From: a virus | Taxonomy: Duplodnaviria > Caudoviricetes | Virus record (IMG/VR): IMGVR_UViG_3300020264_000040 | Span: 1-26,924 of that record | Reading direction: 5' to 3' (one strand) | DNA length: 26,924 bases | Shown here: positions 20,166 to 26,924 of the stretch, one piece after another | Numbering within the stretch: the first letter of the stretch is position 1 | Layout: each line of letters begins with the position of its first letter | Made by a program: the position numbers and the translations under genes | Notes under the pieces: model-generated | What the model saw: only the letters and a program-made list of their open reading frames with translations | Databases searched by the model: none | Told to the model about the DNA's origin: nothing

Positions 20166-21302
20166 ATGTCATCTCTAAATGTAGATAAACTCAACGTGAG
20201 TGTTGGTATTGAACTTCCTTCTTATACCGCTGCTAATAGACCATCTGGTACTGTCGGTTTAATGATCTTTAATTCCGATAGTGGAACCGTTGAAATTTAT
20301 GATGGAACTTCTTGGATTTCTACAGGTCAGGGTGGTATTGAAGCATCTGGAGGAATTGTTTCTGTAGCAGGAAACTTTAAGATGCACGCATTCACACAAC
20401 CAGGAACAAGTGCATTTACCGTTACCTCGGCACCCGCTGGAACAACTGCAGAAGTCCTAGTTGTTGCTGGTGGAGGCGGCGGTGGTGGTTCCCACGGCGG
20501 TGGCGGTGGTGGTGGAGGCGGTGGACTTGTTCACCATACTTCATATCCTATTGCTGTTGGAACTTACAACGTTGTTGTTGGTGACGGTGGTGTTGCTGGA
20601 ACAGGATACAACGCAAACACTTCCAACGATTCTTCTTCACATGGTAGACCAGGTGGAGATAGTTATTTTGATAATATCCATGCTATTGGTGGTGGTGGAG
20701 GAAACGAAAGTTTCTACTACTTCTCCATCTATAAGAACGGTGGATCTGGTGGCGGTGGCGGAGACATGTGGCCAGCAACCAGAGCAGGAAACGTACCTGG
20801 TGGTACAGCATGGACTGGAGGAAATAATCTCCAAGGAAATAATGCTGGTGGAACATACTACGGCAACCCAGGCGGAAGTAGAGGAACTGGCGGTCCTACC
20901 ACTAGTGAAGATGGTGGACATGCTGGTCCTCATGAAGGCGCTGGCGGTGGCGGAGCTGGTGGAGTTTCAACTGGTGGAGCATCAGATACCGCAAGTAATG
21001 GAGGTATTGGAAAACAATTTAACCAGTTCTCTCCATATGGTTTCCCATCAGGATGGTTTGCTGGTGGAGGCGGCGGTGGTTACTTCACAACTGGTGGAGG
21101 TTCTGCTAATAGAGCAAACAACACTACTGGTGGTTACTATGGCGGCGGTGGTCGTGGTGGATCTACTGGTTATGGTCTTTATGGAGAAGATGCTGTAAAT
21201 GCTACTGGCGGTGGTGGAGGCGGTGGTTCCTCTAACAACGATGGTCAGCACAGCGCAGGAAGAGGTGGTTCTGGTATTGTTATTGTCCGTTATCAAATTT
21301 GA
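20166..21302 (+). CDS. Glycine-rich fibre-tip/adhesin-like protein 1 (378 aa)
   Basis: MSSLNVDKL start; GLMIFNSDSGTVEIYDGTSW module; EVLVVAGGGGGGG...GGSGIVIVRY glycine-rich domain with many poly-Gly runs separated by aromatic-rich loops. Confidence 0.8.
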   Translation: MSSLNVDKLNVSVGIELPSYTAANRPSGTVGLMIFNSDSGTVEIYDGTSWISTGQGGIEASGGIVSVAGNFKMHAFTQPGTSAFTVTSAPAGTTAEVLVVAGGGGGGGSHGGGGGGGGGGLVHHTSYPIAVGTYNVVVGDGGVAGTGYNANTSNDSSSHGRPGGDSYFDNIHAIGGGGGNESFYYFSIYKNGGSGGGGGDMWPATRAGNVPGGTAWTGGNNLQGNNAGGTYYGNPGGSRGTGGPTTSEDGGHAGPHEGAGGGGAGGVSTGGASDTASNGGIGKQFNQFSPYGFPSGWFAGGGGGGYFTTGGGSANRANNTTGGYYGGGGRGGSTGYGLYGEDAVNATGGGGGGGSSNNDGQHSAGRGGSGIVIVRYQI

Positions 21303-21308
21303 TCAAAG

Positions 21309-22733
21309 ATGTCACAGTTAAACGTAGGTACTTTAAGACCGTCAGAGGCATTCACAGTTCCTCTGCAAACAACAGCGGAAAGAAATGCTACCAATCATGC
21401 GGTTGGAGCTATCATTTACAATACAAATACTAATGCAGCTCAAGTTTTAACTGCAAATGATGGGTGGTTGAATCTTGGTAAAGGAAAAGTAGTTGCTAGT
21501 GGAGGAACTGTTTCTGAACCAGGAAACGGGTGGAAATATCATGTATTTACAAATACATCAGGCACAAGTACATTTACTGTTACATCTGTTGGTTTCCAAG
21601 CATATGCTGAAGTTCTAGTTGTCGCTGGCGGAGGCGGTGGCGGCGGATCCCACTCAGGCGGAGGCGGTGGTGGTGCTGGAGGAATTCTTTGGCAACCACA
21701 ATGGTTCCCAGTACCAGGAACTTATGAAGTAAAAGTAGGTGCTGGTGGTGCAGCTGGTCCTCCTGGATCATACAACACAGCTGGTTATTACTACACAGGA
21801 CAAGGAGACGGAACTTTCTTCCATGGTCGTAGAGGAGAAAATAGTTATTTAAGAAAAAGTGATGACGCTCAAATCACATTCCTTGCGATAGGTGGAGGCG
21901 GCGGAATGGAATCATTCTACACCAATAATGAGCAGAGAGTTAAAACAACTACGAATTATTGGGGAAATTATGATGCTTTAGAAGAAAGAGATGGTGGATG
22001 TGGTGGAGGATCTGGAGATTTCTACACTGGAGTTCAATCATGGCCATCTCATAACACTGGTGGTAGATGTACCCAAGGAAACTACGGTGGATATGGGTAT
22101 GGTAATAGTGGTGGAGGTAGATATACATTTGGCGTTGGACCACACAACGGACCTTACAATAGAAAAAATAATGGAGATTATCCATCAGGAAATGGTGGTG
22201 GAGATGGTGGATTTGTTCCCAGATATTATGGAATGAATGGTCATGGGCAAGATTATACTCATGGACAACCACATGAAGGTGCTGGTGGCGGTGGATGTGG
22301 AGGATATGAATTAGGTCGTAATGGTAGTAATACTGACTATGGTCAAGTTAACTGGCCAGCAACCGTAAAAGGATGGTCAGCTTTTGCCCCTGGTCCTGGT
22401 GGTCCTGGTAGATATTTCCCTGGATTTGAATATTGGGGAACCACAGAAACTAATGGAACTTCTGGAAATAGAGGTTGGTTTGGTGGTGGTGGTGATGGTG
22501 GTCAATACTACTACACCACAAATAGTTCACGCGGACCAAATAACAAAGGTGGCGGTGGTGGTCAAGGATCACACTGGGATCCTAGTTATAACCAAGCTGC
22601 TAGTAATGGTCTTGCTAATACTGGCGGAGGTGGTGGAGGTGGTTCCTCTAACAACAATGGTGGTGGAAATGGTGGTGGAACTTTTGCAGGATCTGGTGGA
22701 TCTGGTATTGTTATTATCAGATATAAAGTTTAA
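21309..22733 (+). CDS. Glycine-rich fibre-tip/adhesin-like protein 2 (474 aa), paralog of 20166-21302
   Basis: MSQLNVGTL start and the same scaffold motifs (AEVLVVAGGGGGGGSH, ESFY, PHEGAGGGG, GWFxGGG, GGSSNN, GGSGIVIIRY), with longer Tyr/Trp/Asn-rich loops. Confidence 0.8.
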   Translation: MSQLNVGTLRPSEAFTVPLQTTAERNATNHAVGAIIYNTNTNAAQVLTANDGWLNLGKGKVVASGGTVSEPGNGWKYHVFTNTSGTSTFTVTSVGFQAYAEVLVVAGGGGGGGSHSGGGGGGAGGILWQPQWFPVPGTYEVKVGAGGAAGPPGSYNTAGYYYTGQGDGTFFHGRRGENSYLRKSDDAQITFLAIGGGGGMESFYTNNEQRVKTTTNYWGNYDALEERDGGCGGGSGDFYTGVQSWPSHNTGGRCTQGNYGGYGYGNSGGGRYTFGVGPHNGPYNRKNNGDYPSGNGGGDGGFVPRYYGMNGHGQDYTHGQPHEGAGGGGCGGYELGRNGSNTDYGQVNWPATVKGWSAFAPGPGGPGRYFPGFEYWGTTETNGTSGNRGWFGGGGDGGQYYYTTNSSRGPNNKGGGGGQGSHWDPSYNQAASNGLANTGGGGGGGSSNNNGGGNGGGTFAGSGGSGIVIIRYKV

Positions 22734-23324
22734 TTACCACGCCCAACAAACAAAAGTATCTCTTACTCCACTGAGTATTGGATTTACTCTATGTTGATAT
22801 AAAAAATTAGAGGGGAAGCATATCACTTCCCCTTTTTTTAGTTTTATAGAATAATCTTCCCAGAACACCAGTTCTCCACCATCATAGTCATCGTTAAGTG
22901 CTCCAACAAAAGAAAGTACGGGAATACCAGGATTAGTTCCATCAAACAAACTTTTTATATGATCAAAATGCATATCCATTTTTTGATCAATATGATAACG
23001 ATTAAATCTAATTTCTGAAAGTGAAAATATAAATTCAGATGTATTTTTGCATGATTTGTCTGAGTACATCTGCTGATATTTTTTAGCAGTCTGCACAACA
23101 AAAGAATTTAAAATTGAATCAAGAGGTTTTGAATAAGTTACATCTGGTTCTTTAGATGTCTCTTCTTTTTCAGATAATCCACCAGTTATAGATCCCCATT
23201 GATGTTTTTCCCAATGATTAGATTCTAATTCTTCTAGAATATAATCACATATATCATCAGGTATAGATTTTTCTATAAAAATAAAATCACTGAGTTTGTT
23301 TAATTGCTGCATTGAAAATGTCAT
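22734..23324 (-). CDS. 2OG-Fe(II) dioxygenase, prolyl-4-hydroxylase-like
   Basis: NRY...MDMHFD...LNDDYDGGELVF...GEVICFPSNFLYQHRVNPILSGVRDTFVCW gives the HxD...H triad and the 2OG-binding Arg. The start may be the ATG at 23312. Confidence 0.9.
   Translation of the reverse strand: MTFSMQQLNKLSDFIFIEKSIPDDICDYILEELESNHWEKHQWGSITGGLSEKEETSKEPDVTYSKPLDSILNSFVVQTAKKYQQMYSDKSCKNTSEFIFSLSEIRFNRYHIDQKMDMHFDHIKSLFDGTNPGIPVLSFVGALNDDYDGGELVFWEDYSIKLKKGEVICFPSNFLYQHRVNPILSGVRDTFVCWAW
22811..22839 (+). terminator. Putative intrinsic terminator embedded in the antisense oxygenase gene
   Basis: AGGGGAAG-catatca-CTTCCCCT perfect 8-bp stem running into a T7 tract (22833-22839), about 80 nt after the last + strand structural stop. 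Confidence 0.6.
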
Positions 23325-23907
23325 CCAAACTTACTTTGTTTACAAAATCATACCACCCAGTAGCAATATATTTTGTTTGAGTTTCACTCATGACTCCATG
23401 ATGTGTGTGAGTCCAATACGCTGGCCAGATTACTAACCTTCCCTCAACAGCATCAGTTGTGATGTCCCAGTTAGTAAAGTGAGTTCCACCTTTATCAGTA
23501 ACTGTATTTAAATAAAACATCCATGCCAAAATTCTAGGAGAAGGACCGTCTACATTTTCGCAATGTGGAGAATGATATCCTTGTCCTGGTTCATATTTTT
23601 GTAAATTATACAATTCACTTAGTTCCCAAGGAGATACATTATCAATCTCATTATGTGTTTCTCTATACTTTCCAATATATGTAAGGAGAGTAGAAGCAAG
23701 GATTTTATCTGGTTCTGTCCAGTTGTGAAAATTCATCCAAACATCTGTAGAGTCTTTATAATCTTTGTCTACTTTTATGTCATTATAATCTCTTCCATAT
23801 ATTTGACCTTGGCGTTTCAGATCATCTGGACACTCTTCAAAGTATTCAATAATTTGCTTACACAATTCTGGAGAAAGGGCATTGTCATATACTTCAATAA
23901 AATTCAT
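23287..23907 (-). CDS. 2OG-Fe(II) dioxygenase, prolyl-4-hydroxylase-like (HxE variant)
   Basis: LQKYEPGQGYHSPHCE...RILAWMFYLNTVTDKGGTHF...GRLVIWPAYWTHTHHG...KYIATGW. ATGA overlap with the upstream gene at 23904-23907. Confidence 0.9.
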   Translation of the reverse strand: MNFIEVYDNALSPELCKQIIEYFEECPDDLKRQGQIYGRDYNDIKVDKDYKDSTDVWMNFHNWTEPDKILASTLLTYIGKYRETHNEIDNVSPWELSELYNLQKYEPGQGYHSPHCENVDGPSPRILAWMFYLNTVTDKGGTHFTNWDITTDAVEGRLVIWPAYWTHTHHGVMSETQTKYIATGWYDFVNKVSLDDIFNAAIKQTQ

Positions 23908-24464
23908 TTTAGGTTAAAGGAAATAATTGTTCTTCTTTTATCACTCATGTTTGATGAAGCTTCATGTTGTATCATGGCAGGAAAAATGACAAGATCTCCT
24001 TCCTTAATTTTAGGAACATGAGAATTGTATTGTCCTAAAGTAGATCTCTTCCAAGAAAGATGTGGTGAATAAAAAGTAGTTGGAGAGTGCTCACTGTCGT
24101 CAAATTCAACATACAAGATTGCACTCCAACCTTCTAGTCCATGGTTATGAACAGAAAAGTTATTATACTTTTCGTAAGTTTGAAACCAGATAGAAGTTAG
24201 ATTCCAACTATCATTTGTTGATCTACAAAATTCTAGAATTTCATCATTTATACATTCTAAAACAGGTTTGGCATACTCTGGAGGTTTTTCTAAATTATCA
24301 AAATAATCGGTATAATGATTTTTATCGCCATGACCGCTGTTTTTTGACTTCTCTAGTTTGTAGTTTTTAAAATCTGGGAGACTATTTAAAATGATTTCTT
24401 TTTTAGTCTCCCAGTCAGAAATACTGTATGTGTAAAATGGTATACCAAACTTAATTTCTTCCAT
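23904..24464 (-). CDS. Putative 2OG-Fe(II) oxygenase (HxH, TIGR02466-like)
   Basis: WFQTY...VHNH...WSAILYV...EGDLVIFPAMIQHEA...RRTIISFN. Start placed at the ATG at 24464, in a TGATG overlap with the upstream stop, rather than the TTG at 24467. Confidence 0.85.
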   Translation of the reverse strand: MEEIKFGIPFYTYSISDWETKKEIILNSLPDFKNYKLEKSKNSGHGDKNHYTDYFDNLEKPPEYAKPVLECINDEILEFCRSTNDSWNLTSIWFQTYEKYNNFSVHNHGLEGWSAILYVEFDDSEHSPTTFYSPHLSWKRSTLGQYNSHVPKIKEGDLVIFPAMIQHEASSNMSDKRRTIISFNLK

Positions 24465-25147
24465 CAATTTACAGTAAGATCTACAGCAATAATTTTATCA
24501 TGCTCATCCCAATTACACTTTCCAGAGGGAAAACTATTAAATGCAATTGACCACCTTGGATCATCTCCTTGGTGTGGTTCTGTGTAATGCTTCATGTATG
24601 CAGGAAACAAAACTAATTGCCCTGGATAAGCTCTAGGACTCCAAGTATCATTTGTGGTTTTATCAAATACTTGAAGACCTCTAAGTTTTTGTTCTACTGG
24701 ATCCATAAAACATGTTCCAATACCATCATGAAGATGAAAAACTCCAGAGATCAGAGACATGGTATGAAAGTGTGCGTGGTGCTGAGCATGTTTAATTGAC
24801 TTATTTCCCCACATCAAAGTGGGTTCAAGTTTTTCACACTGCATTTCAAATCTTTTTCTGTAGTATTCAAGACAAATTTTGATCCATGCAGTAAGTTCAG
24901 CAAACTCTTGTCGTCTATGCAATTCTCTGTCAAGAGTTTGCACAGCTCTTACAATGACAGTTTGTGCCATTTGAGATGGGATAGGATCTTTAAATTTTTC
25001 TGAATTTTGTTGTTCTTCTAGTTGATGTCTTTTATCAACTTCTTCATCTAGAATGGGGATTAGTTTTTTCCAATCAACTTTATCTGACAAGTCAAAGTTA
25101 AAAATGTATGAGGGAAAAATACCATCAATCTGTGCTTCTAAATCCAT
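24464..25147 (-). CDS. Putative 2OG-Fe(II) oxygenase (HxH, TIGR02466-like)
   Basis: MWGN...HHAHFHTMSLISGVFHL...FMDP...GQLVLFPAYMKHYTEPH...RWSIAFN. ATG at 25147 lies 1 nt after the upstream stop and is preferred over the TTG at 25162. Confidence 0.85.
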   Translation of the reverse strand: MDLEAQIDGIFPSYIFNFDLSDKVDWKKLIPILDEEVDKRHQLEEQQNSEKFKDPIPSQMAQTVIVRAVQTLDRELHRRQEFAELTAWIKICLEYYRKRFEMQCEKLEPTLMWGNKSIKHAQHHAHFHTMSLISGVFHLHDGIGTCFMDPVEQKLRGLQVFDKTTNDTWSPRAYPGQLVLFPAYMKHYTEPHQGDDPRWSIAFNSFPSGKCNWDEHDKIIAVDLTVN

Positions 25148-25148
25148 A

Positions 25149-25745
25149 TCAAAATTTCTCAATAGCTTTTACAATATTGAAAGAGATTACAATTTTTTCT
25201 CCTTCTTCTTCTTGCCGAGTGGTTCCATGAATCATATTACTCCTAAACATTAGGAGTCTAGCAGGAACACAATCGTATTTTGTGGTAGACCAATTCAGAG
25301 GGTTGTCATATTTAGGTGGTTCAAAAGGAGGGTTAATTGAATCATAGAAAGTAATCTGATTCTCCTTCGTTGTTTTTACATAGTATGCTCCTGCCATTAT
25401 ACACCCTGGATGAGAGTGTGGAAACAAAAAACCACCTTGATCACTTGTATTACACCACATGTTTCCAATAAAACACTGGGAGATGTAGTCTTCACAGTAT
25501 CCCAAACGATCCATATAGAAAGCAAAATTTTCCATAATGGCAGATGACAACTCAGAAAACTCTTCTTCTTTATGAAGATATCTGTTAGTTAGATGTGTTG
25601 AATTAACCTGAAAACTTTCAGTCTTTACTGTTTCAATTTTTTTGCACTTTTCTTCCAACTTTGATAGCGTCTCAGTGCATACATCATCCCGAATATAAAT
25701 GGTTTTTGGAAACCAAGTTTCAATCCTAGGTGGTTGATTAGACAT
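25149..25745 (-). CDS. Putative 2OG-Fe(II) oxygenase (HxH, TIGR02466-like)
   Basis: WFPKTIY...MWCN...FPHSHPGCIMAGAYYV...RLLMFRSNMIHGT...KIVISFN. First gene of the minus-strand operon. Confidence 0.85.
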   Translation of the reverse strand: MSNQPPRIETWFPKTIYIRDDVCTETLSKLEEKCKKIETVKTESFQVNSTHLTNRYLHKEEEFSELSSAIMENFAFYMDRLGYCEDYISQCFIGNMWCNTSDQGGFLFPHSHPGCIMAGAYYVKTTKENQITFYDSINPPFEPPKYDNPLNWSTTKYDCVPARLLMFRSNMIHGTTRQEEEGEKIVISFNIVKAIEKF

Positions 25746-25760
25746 CTATGTGATATAATT

Positions 25761-25767
25761 CTAAATA
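25761..25767 (+). promoter_or_regulatory. Putative late promoter (CTAAATA) for the 118-aa ORF
   Basis: Same CTAAATA heptamer as at 10303, 26145 and 26396, located 28 nt upstream of the ATG at 25796. Confidence 0.55.
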
Positions 25768-25773
25768 CATTAC

Positions 25774-25802
25774 AGTATACCATCTTGTATAAAAAATGTC
25801 AA
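25774..25802 (-). promoter_or_regulatory. Sigma70-type (early/host RNAP) promoter of the oxygenase operon
   Basis: The minus strand reads TTGACA (25802-25797), 17-nt spacer, TATACT (25779-25774), with an extended -10 TG. It lies about 30 nt upstream of the ATG at 25745. Confidence 0.85.
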
Positions 25803-26152
25803 TTGATATGGAAGGGAGACATGGGGTTGAGTTGGAAACAGCAGAACTCCTAGTTAGAAAATCTGCACCAACAACTAGAGAAGTTGAATTTCGCAGAAAA
25901 CTTGGTATTGTGTTTGGAGATCAATTGTTAGTTGCATTAGCAATTGATATCGCACATGGAATTATCCCTGGCAAGGAAGGATTTTTCTGGAAAATTGCCG
26001 AACCGATTGTTGAAGAATATAAAGATGTAGTTGAAAGACTAGATCCCCGTACTATTAAAATGTACGAAGATAAAAAACCAGATGAGTTAACACAAGCTCA
26101 CTTGTTAATAGAGAAAGGACCTACTCCACCAAATGGAGCAGCACCTAAATAA
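25796..26152 (+). CDS. Hypothetical protein (118 aa), possibly fibre-assembly related
   Basis: Clean ATG-TAA ORF behind a late-promoter-like motif. RRKLG..FGDQL..LAIDIAHG.....GFFW loosely recalls small fibre-associated proteins of marine phages. Function not established. Confidence 0.7.
   Translation: MSIDMEGRHGVELETAELLVRKSAPTTREVEFRRKLGIVFGDQLLVALAIDIAHGIIPGKEGFFWKIAEPIVEEYKDVVERLDPRTIKMYEDKKPDELTQAHLLIEKGPTPPNGAAPK
26145..26151 (+). promoter_or_regulatory. Putative late promoter (CTAAATA) overlapping stop codon
   Basis: CTAAATA across the end of the 118-aa ORF, 28 nt before the ATG at 26180. Confidence 0.5.
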
Positions 26153-26179
26153 ACATATACAATATTATTTTTGATTACC

Positions 26180-26377
26180 ATGGACCCTACAGCACTAAAG
26201 AAAAATTTTGAAGAGCAAATTGCTACCACAGAAAAACAGATTGCAGAACTAGAAAAAAATCTAGTAAAAGCGAAAGAATATAAAATTAAACTAGAGGGTG
26301 GTCTTGAAACTCTAGGACTACTAGAAGGTGAAGGAGCAGCACCAGAGGGTGAACCTGAAGCACCAGCAGCAGAATAA
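26180..26377 (+). CDS. Small coiled-coil protein (65 aa) upstream of gp13
   Basis: ATG at 26180 preferred over TTG at 26171. Heptads LKKNFEEQIATTEKQIAELEKNLVKAKEYKIKLEGGLETL and an acidic Pro/Ala tail. Confidence 0.8.
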   Translation: MDPTALKKNFEEQIATTEKQIAELEKNLVKAKEYKIKLEGGLETLGLLEGEGAAPEGEPEAPAAE

Positions 26378-26382
26378 ATACT

Positions 26383-26420
26383 AAATCCCTTCTTCCTAAA
26401 TAGGTAAGAAGGGATTTTTT
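26383..26420 (+). terminator. Intrinsic terminator with late-promoter motif in the loop
   Basis: AAATCCCTTCTT (26383-26394) / AAGAAGGGATTT (26406-26417) perfect 12-bp inverted repeat ending in a T6 run. The loop contains CTAAATA (26396-26402). AATAAATA also occurs at 26373-26380. Confidence 0.8.
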
Positions 26421-26427
26421 GTGTGTA

Positions 26428-26924
26428 ATGGCATCTCCAAGTTCTAGAGCTGAACTCATCACATATTGCAAGAGGCAACTTGGCGAACCCGTGTTGCAGG
26501 TCAACATTGATGACGAACAGGTCAACAACGTAATTGACGACACGTTTCAGTTCTTCCAAGAGAACTGCTACAACGGTATGGAGCGTGCATACTTATACCA
26601 CGAAATCACTGCTGACGATAAAACAAGGTTTGCTGCTAGTGTAACAACTACAGAAGGTTCTACTAACTGGAAAGAAGCTACAAACTATATTCCTATTCCA
26701 GACCATGTAGTTGGTATCACAAGAGTCTTTGGTCTTGTCAGCAATTCAATCCGTTCAAATCTTTTTGGTGTTGAGTATCAGTTGTTCTTGAATGATCTCT
26801 ATGCATTCGGATCACTTGATATCCTCAACTATTATATGAATAAGCAGTATCTAGAAACTCTAGATATGGTTCTAAACAATGGATCTTTCCAGCAGTTTAG
26901 ATTTACAGCACGCCGTGATCGTCT
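26428..26924 (+). CDS. gp13: Neck protein gp13 (3'-truncated; absent from the ORF track)
   Basis: Own translation: MASPSSRAELITYCKRQLGEPVLQVNIDDEQVNNVIDDTFQFFQENCYNGMERAYL...NYIPIPDHVVGITRVF...YQLFLNDLY, matching the T4-like gp13 N-terminal pattern (L..Y..R.LG.PV..VN...Q....I). Open to the window end. Confidence 0.92.
   Translation, partial: MASPSSRAELITYCKRQLGEPVLQVNIDDEQVNNVIDDTFQFFQENCYNGMERAYLYHEITADDKTRFAASVTTTEGSTNWKEATNYIPIPDHVVGITRVFGLVSNSIRSNLFGVEYQLFLNDLYAFGSLDILNYYMNKQYLETLDMVLNNGSFQQFRFTARRDR

Noticed and set aside
295-20172. Many short antisense or out-of-frame ORFs within the large structural genes
   Set aside because: All overlap long, motif-supported CDSs and show no recognisable motifs; expected from codon bias.
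20460-22710. GGTGGT/GGCGGT runs as microsatellite, CRISPR or G-quadruplex signal
   Set aside because: Explained by poly-Gly coding with varied third positions; no repeat-spacer periodicity.
21200-22733. Diversity-generating retroelement TR/VR pair between the 3' ends of the Gly-rich genes
   Set aside because: No reverse transcriptase in the window; similarity is patchy and differences are not confined to adenines, consistent with ordinary paralogy.
20461-22797. Alternative-frame ORFs (20461-21198, 21991-22236, 22384-22797) and His-rich antisense ORFs
   Set aside because: Shadows of GGT/GGA/GGC glycine codon runs, which read as Val/Glu/Ala in the shifted frame and His/Thr/Pro on the reverse strand. 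No independent signals.
26098-26559. Minus-strand 153-aa and 85-aa ORFs
   Set aside because: They overlap the + strand coiled-coil ORF, the terminator and gp13, which are much better supported.

Overview
This window is part of the virion-morphogenesis region of a T4-like marine cyanomyovirus (Kyanoviridae-like), inferred from gene order, protein motifs and T4-type late-promoter motifs. The + strand carries, in order: a 5'-truncated VrlC/DUF4815-like structural protein, a 71-aa protein, a 1435-aa fibre/baseplate-associated protein, a 166-aa protein, a 3260-aa tail-fibre-like protein and two paralogous glycine-rich adhesin-like proteins. An inverted, tightly coupled operon of five 2OG-Fe(II) dioxygenases follows, with its own near-consensus sigma70 promoter. 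The window ends with two small + strand ORFs, a terminator with a late-promoter motif in its loop, and the 3'-truncated neck gene gp13. Most striking: the giant fibre contains two helical repeats that align by eye with the globin core of beta-phycocyanin, including equivalents of both bilin-binding cysteines (beta82 and beta153). The neighbouring fibre carries an amicyanin-type copper-ligand set (H...C-x2-H-x2-M). All homology calls come from motif recognition without database searches and need confirmation.
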